Shown piece after piece: positions 35,485 through 39,775 of a stretch of 39,775 bases of DNA. The notes under the pieces were generated by a model. That model did not search any database and was not told where the DNA came from. It saw nothing but the letters and a program-made list of their open reading frames with translations. A program made the translations under genes and the position numbers. The stretch spans positions 1 to 39,775 of IMG/VR virus record IMGVR_UViG_3300031716_000600; one strand, given 5' to 3'. Source of the DNA: a virus. Its lineage: Duplodnaviria > Caudoviricetes. Every line of letters starts with the position of its first letter. Positions within the stretch are counted from its first letter, which is position 1.

Positions 35485-36526
35485 CCGTCCGACCCTCAGC
35501 CAACTGATCGACCGCGTTTCGGGCGACTTCGACGCACGCCTGCCGGGCGCCGACAGCCGCCTTCGCCGCTCTGTCCTCAACGTGCTCGGCCGGGTCCATG
35601 CCGCCGCGACCAATGGCCTGTATGGGTTTCTCGAGTGGTGTTCCCGGCAGCTTTTTCCGGACACGGCCGAAGCCGAGCAGCTGGGGCGGTGGGCCGCGAT
35701 CTGGGGGGTTCGGCGCAAGGCGGCTCTGGCGGCCGATGGACCGGTTGCGATCACCGGGGTCGATGGAGCGCTGGTCCCGGCCGGCACTGTCCTCGTGCGG
35801 TCGGATGGCGCTGAGTATCGCAGCACCGCGGCCAAGATTGTTGCTGCCGGCGCCGCCAGCTTGCCGGTCGTCGCGATCGCTGCCGGCATCGACGGCAACG
35901 CGGCTGCGGGGCAGCGGCTAACCTTCGCCTCTCCGGTCCCCGGGGTGAATGCCTCCGCCCTCGTGTCGGCGCCGGGCATCGTCGGCGGTGCCGAGGAGGA
36001 AGCCGACGAGGCTTTGCGCCGGCGCCTGCTGGATCGCATCCGACAACCTCCGCATGGCGGCAACATCGCCGATTATCGACGCTGGGCTCTGGAGGTGGCG
36101 GAAGTCACCCGCGCCTGGGTCTATCCGATGCAGCTGGGGCCAGGGACCGTCACCGTCGCCTTCGTCATGGACGACCGCGCCGACATGATTCCCACGCCTG
36201 CCGACGTCGACGCTGTGAGCGCCTATCTCGATGAGCGCCGACCCGTGACGGCCGAAGTCACGGTCATCGCCCCGGCGCCGATCCCGCTCGACCTCACGAT
36301 TCTTGCCTCGCCGCCGACGGCGGAGGTGCGAGCGGCAATCGTCGCCGAGCTGAAGGATCTGCTTTTCCGCGAAGCCGAGCCCGGTGGCACGGTTCTCGTC
36401 AGCCACATTCGCGAGGCGATCAGCACGGCCGCGGGCGAAAGCGACCATGTTCTTCAGGTCCCGGCCGCCAACGTTGTCGCGCCGATCGGCTCGATTTACG
36501 TCCTGGGCGAGGTCACGTGGGCCTGA
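35474..36526 (+). CDS. Baseplate J-like protein (Mu gp47)
   Basis: MPFNRPTL, QLFPDTAE, GG.EEE.DE.LR.R, PP.GG...DY..WA. Confidence 0.93.
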   Translation: MPFNRPTLSQLIDRVSGDFDARLPGADSRLRRSVLNVLGRVHAAATNGLYGFLEWCSRQLFPDTAEAEQLGRWAAIWGVRRKAALAADGPVAITGVDGALVPAGTVLVRSDGAEYRSTAAKIVAAGAASLPVVAIAAGIDGNAAAGQRLTFASPVPGVNASALVSAPGIVGGAEEEADEALRRRLLDRIRQPPHGGNIADYRRWALEVAEVTRAWVYPMQLGPGTVTVAFVMDDRADMIPTPADVDAVSAYLDERRPVTAEVTVIAPAPIPLDLTILASPPTAEVRAAIVAELKDLLFREAEPGGTVLVSHIREAISTAAGESDHVLQVPAANVVAPIGSIYVLGEVTWA

Positions 36527-37149
36527 GGCGCACCGAAGCCGAATATGGCACTCAGCTCGGTCAGCTGCTGCCGCCCGGCCGCGCCTGGCCGCGCGAGCCC
36601 GACACGTGGCTCGGCCGCCTCCTCGGTGGCCTGGCGGCCGAGTTCGCGCGGGTCGACCGCCGCGGCTTCGATCTCCTCGAGGAGGCCGACCCGCGCAACG
36701 CGCTGGAGCTGCTGCCCGAGTGGGAACGGCTGGCTGGCCTGCCTGACCCGTGCCGCCCGATCGCCGAATCGGTGCGCGAACGGCGGAGCGCCGTCGCGGC
36801 CAAGGTCGCCGGGCAAGGCGGGCAGACGCCGGCATTCTTCGTCGAGCTGGCGCACTCTGCCGGTTACGAGGTCGAGATCCACGAATTCTCACCCTTCGTC
36901 GCTGGCAGCGCCGCCGGCGACGAAGTTCAGGGGGAGGAGTGGCGACACACCTTCCTGGTCGAGGTCTTCTCTAGCACGCCCGATCAGCTTTTCGCGGCCG
37001 GGGCCTATGCCGGCGACCGTCTCCGCACGTTCGGCGCCATCGATCTCGAATGCCTGATCGGCCGTGCCCGGCCAGCGCACAGCACCGTCATCTTCTCTTA
37101 CCCGGTCGATCCCGAGCCCTTGCTCTGGTTCGACTTCACGACCGCCTAA
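36517..37149 (+). CDS. Baseplate wedge protein (Mu gp48 / YmfQ)
   Basis: LLPPGRAW, E.DP....ELLPEWER..GLPD.C, LECLI....PAH. Confidence 0.92.
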   Translation: MGLRRTEAEYGTQLGQLLPPGRAWPREPDTWLGRLLGGLAAEFARVDRRGFDLLEEADPRNALELLPEWERLAGLPDPCRPIAESVRERRSAVAAKVAGQGGQTPAFFVELAHSAGYEVEIHEFSPFVAGSAAGDEVQGEEWRHTFLVEVFSSTPDQLFAAGAYAGDRLRTFGAIDLECLIGRARPAHSTVIFSYPVDPEPLLWFDFTTA

Positions 37150-37161
37150 GGATCAATAAGC

Positions 37162-38202
37162 ATGCATCGCATCGACAGCGCCGGCGCCATCGACGGCAAA
37201 TTTAGTGAAGGCAATCCGCAGATCGGCCAGCGCGCGACGGTCGTCAGCGCCGCCTGGCTCAACGACATCCAGGAAAACCTGATCGAGCTGCTGACCTTTG
37301 CCGGAATTGCACCGCAAAAGGCTGATCCGACCCAAGTCAGAGCGGCGGTCATGGAACTGATCGAGGGTGTTGTCGGGACCGGCGATGGGTCCGTGCCGAC
37401 CACCCGCCGGGTGCTTACGGCCGGCCTCGCCACTGGTGGTGGCCAGCTGATTGCCGACATCACGGTGACCGTTCCGAAGGCTACTGCCGCCGATGTCGCC
37501 ATCGGAGAAAGCAACGACAAGGCGGTCACCCCTGCCGCAATGGCCACTGTCCTCGCATCCCGGGTTCCGAGCAACCGGCAGGTTGTCGGCGGTGGTTTGG
37601 TCACTGGCGGCGGTGCCCTCGACGCTGACCGCACCCTGACTGTCCAGAAGGCAAGTTCGGTGGAAGTTTTCGCCGGTGACGATGACAGCAAGGCGATCAC
37701 CCCTCTTGGCCTGCGAGCAGCCCTGGGTTCCAAGATTTCGGCCACCCGGAGAGTGATCGGAGGGGGACTGGTGACCGGTGGCGGCGCGCTGGACACAGAC
37801 CGGGTTCTGTCTGTGACCGGCGCGACTTATTCGGACATCCTCGAAGGGTACTCCGATGCAAGGGCGGTAACTCCGCTAGGCCTTGATGGCATCCAGGGCC
37901 AAAACCGAGCTTCGAAGTACTCCTTTTTGGTGGGTGGTGTCCTGCTGCAATGGGGCACCGCGCAGGGTTTCTACTCCGGCGACCAGTTGGTCGGCATCAC
38001 GCTGCCGACGAGCTTTCTCGATGAAGAATATGCGCTGGTGCTGACGCCCATCAATCTGAACGGCAGTTCGGTAAGAGACACGCTCACGCAGCGCGTCACA
38101 AAGTCGACCGGCTACTTCAGCGTCTACCTGCAGTTTCCGGGCGGCACGGGTGACAGGACGATTGAAGGATTCGAATGGTTTGCAATCGGAAGGTGGAAGT
38201 GA
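37162..38202 (+). CDS. Tail fibre protein
   Basis: MHRID...F.EGNP...AT.V.A.WLN.IQE N-terminus, three internal repeats, and an LLQWG...WFAIG C-terminal domain. Confidence 0.88.
   Translation: MHRIDSAGAIDGKFSEGNPQIGQRATVVSAAWLNDIQENLIELLTFAGIAPQKADPTQVRAAVMELIEGVVGTGDGSVPTTRRVLTAGLATGGGQLIADITVTVPKATAADVAIGESNDKAVTPAAMATVLASRVPSNRQVVGGGLVTGGGALDADRTLTVQKASSVEVFAGDDDSKAITPLGLRAALGSKISATRRVIGGGLVTGGGALDTDRVLSVTGATYSDILEGYSDARAVTPLGLDGIQGQNRASKYSFLVGGVLLQWGTAQGFYSGDQLVGITLPTSFLDEEYALVLTPINLNGSSVRDTLTQRVTKSTGYFSVYLQFPGGTGDRTIEGFEWFAIGRWK
37393..37887 (+). repeat. Three 57-aa (171-nt) repeats in tail fibre
   Basis: Units start at 37393, 37564 and 37735; consensus R.V...GL.TGGG.L..D..L.V..A......G.....A.TP. 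Confidence 0.85.
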
Positions 38203-38822
38203 TGATTTTCTATTCTCCCTCGCGTCGCGGGTTCTTCGACGACGCGCTGACTGGCCCACGCGAGTTGCAGGTGATCGACGAGGAGGCGTTGGCGACGGCT
38301 CGCAAGAGCGCCAACGCCGCCGACGCCGCCAACTATCGCGCTGCGAAGCGGGAAGCGGAGGAGAACGCAGAGGATGCGGGGCAAGTCGTCACGATCGACC
38401 GTACCTCCTTCACCAGCCACGTCGATGCGGTCGAGGCCGACCCGCCGATGAAGTCAGTGGCCAACCCGGACACCCTGCTGCCGGCCGACGCCGTGCCGGT
38501 CACCTCGGAGCGCCACTCCGAGCTGATGGCTGGCCAGGCGAAGGGCTTCGCGATCGTGCCCGGCGCCGACGGCCAGCCCGAGCTGGGCGAGCAACCTGCG
38601 CTGAGCAACGATGAGGTGATTGCCTCGGTGCGCCGGCGCCGCGACGCCCTTCTTGCGGCCAGCGATTATACCCAGCTCCCCGACGCGGTGACCGCCGCCA
38701 AGCGCAAGCTGTGGGCCGAACACCGGAAGGCGCTGCGTGAGTTGCCGGCCGAGGTCGAAGCCATGCTGGCGAAGGGCGGGTCCGCCGCCGATATCGTCTT
38801 TCCGGAGGCGCCGGCGACGTAG
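38202..38822 (+). CDS. Tail fibre assembly chaperone
   Basis: MIFYSPS..GFF, LPADAV.V..E.H.EL..GQ..G..I, R.RRDALL..SDYTQLPD...W..HR.ALR.LP. Confidence 0.88.
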   Translation: MIFYSPSRRGFFDDALTGPRELQVIDEEALATARKSANAADAANYRAAKREAEENAEDAGQVVTIDRTSFTSHVDAVEADPPMKSVANPDTLLPADAVPVTSERHSELMAGQAKGFAIVPGADGQPELGEQPALSNDEVIASVRRRRDALLAASDYTQLPDAVTAAKRKLWAEHRKALRELPAEVEAMLAKGGSAADIVFPEAPAT

Positions 38823-38845
38823 GTCGGCGCCTAACGAGGAGGATA

Positions 38846-38939
38846 AGGAGCGCGCCAACGCTCCTCACCGCGGGTGGAGGCCCGCACCTCAGGCAGCCCG
38901 GGCTGCCCTCCGGTCTCCCCGGCCGTCACGGCGGAGACC
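38846..38939 (+). promoter_or_regulatory. Four tandem hairpins in methyltransferase leader
   Basis: Stems at 38846-38865, 38870-38885, 38892-38907 and 38912-38939. Confidence 0.5.
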
Positions 38940-38959
38940 TCCCTAAGGTTCATTCACTA

Positions 38960-39775
38960 ATGGAGTCCCAAGAATTCGTTCGCGTACCGCCGGTTTTGCC
39001 GGTGGCGCCCTATCTCGGCGGCAAGCGCAACCTTGCCCGCCGTCTTACCGCACTAATCGAGGCCACGCCTCATACCCTCTACGCCGAGCCTTTCGTCGGC
39101 ATGGGCGGCGTCTTCTTCCGCCGCTCGCGCCGTCCGACCGTGGAGGTCATCAACGATATCTCGACCGACGTCGCCACCCTGTTCCGCATCCTGCAGCGGC
39201 ACTTCCAGCAATTTCTGGACGTGCTGAAGTGGCAGTTGACGACCCGTGCCGACTTCGATCGGCTGATGCGGGTCGACCCGACCACGCTTACCGATCTCGA
39301 GAGGGCGGCCCGCTTCCTCTACCTCCAGCGCACGGCGTTCGGCGGCAAAGTCGACGGGCGCAGCTTCGGCACGACCAGGACCAATGCGGCGCGCTTCGAC
39401 CTGACCAAGCTGGTGCCGATGCTGGAGAGCGTCCACGAGCGCCTCGCCTCGGTGACGATCGAGCGATTGCCCTACGCCGAACTGATCCGACGCTACGACC
39501 GCCCGGGGGCGCTCTTCTATCTCGATCCGCCCTACTGGGGCTGCGAGGAGGACTATGGTCCCGGCGTCTTTGAAGCGGCCGATTATGAGCGGCTGAGAGA
39601 CCTCTTAGGCGCCATCCAAGGCCGCTTCATCCTGTCGATCAACGATCGGCCGGAGATACGCGACATCTTCGCCCCCTTCCATATCGAGCCGGTCGACCTA
39701 ACCTACCGGATCAGCGGCACCGCCACCAAGGCGCGCGAACTCATCATCACCGGAGGAAAAGAAAGTGGCTGGTAA
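38960..39775 (+). CDS. D12-class DNA adenine methyltransferase (Dam-like) in the mom position
   Basis: YLGGK, EPFVGMGGV, EVIND, AARFLYL, FYLDPPY. Confidence 0.93.
   Translation: MESQEFVRVPPVLPVAPYLGGKRNLARRLTALIEATPHTLYAEPFVGMGGVFFRRSRRPTVEVINDISTDVATLFRILQRHFQQFLDVLKWQLTTRADFDRLMRVDPTTLTDLERAARFLYLQRTAFGGKVDGRSFGTTRTNAARFDLTKLVPMLESVHERLASVTIERLPYAELIRRYDRPGALFYLDPPYWGCEEDYGPGVFEAADYERLRDLLGAIQGRFILSINDRPEIRDIFAPFHIEPVDLTYRISGTATKARELIITGGKESGW

Larger units (their letters stand above)
1..39775 (+). mobile_element. Mu-like transposable prophage (contractile tail), ends not included in window
   Basis: MuA-type DDE transposase and MuB ATPase, GemA and Mor-like genes, followed by a Mu-order terminase, portal, MuF, I/T head, sheath/tube and baseplate gene set. 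Confidence 0.97.

Noticed and set aside
37393-38202. Tail-fibre repeats as a DGR template/variable pair
   Set aside because: No reverse transcriptase in the window, and the repeats are in-frame protein repeats without adenine-specific differences.
1-39775. Prophage ends (TG...CA, MuA sites), gam, gin, CRISPR arrays, tRNA or rRNA genes
   Set aside because: None recognised. The window is trimmed to the first and last CDS, so the ends cannot be assessed.

Overview
The whole window is a nearly complete Mu-like (transposable) prophage with a contractile tail, in a high-GC host that is probably an alphaproteobacterium (Sphingomonadaceae-like; inference). The window starts and stops on gene boundaries, so the att ends are not visible. 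Gene order: a leftward immunity operon (S24-peptidase CI-like repressor, membrane OB-fold protein); a rightward early operon (Ner-like, ParB-like, LexA-like HTH, MuA transposase, MuB ATPase, DnaA-C-like, GemA, Zn-finger proteins, Mor/C activator); a lysis region; terminase, portal and MuF; head genes; tail and baseplate genes; one tail fibre with its chaperone; and a Dam-type methyltransferase in the mom position. Five things stand out. (1) MuF carries two putative BECR-fold RNase domains, has no immunity ORF, and is followed by a compact structured element that a convergent sigma70-like promoter would transcribe. This is a candidate RNA-antitoxin system. (2) A 4.2-kb fibre plus GH74-like beta-propeller pair is translationally coupled into the lysis cassette, and a possible capsid-fibre adaptor gene lies next to the portal. 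(3) The portal gene is split near the genome midpoint, at a phased gyrase-site-like tract. (4) Repeated palindromes mark likely operators and late-activator sites. (5) A four-hairpin leader precedes the methyltransferase where Mu has com. All family assignments come from motif recognition and synteny, not database searches.
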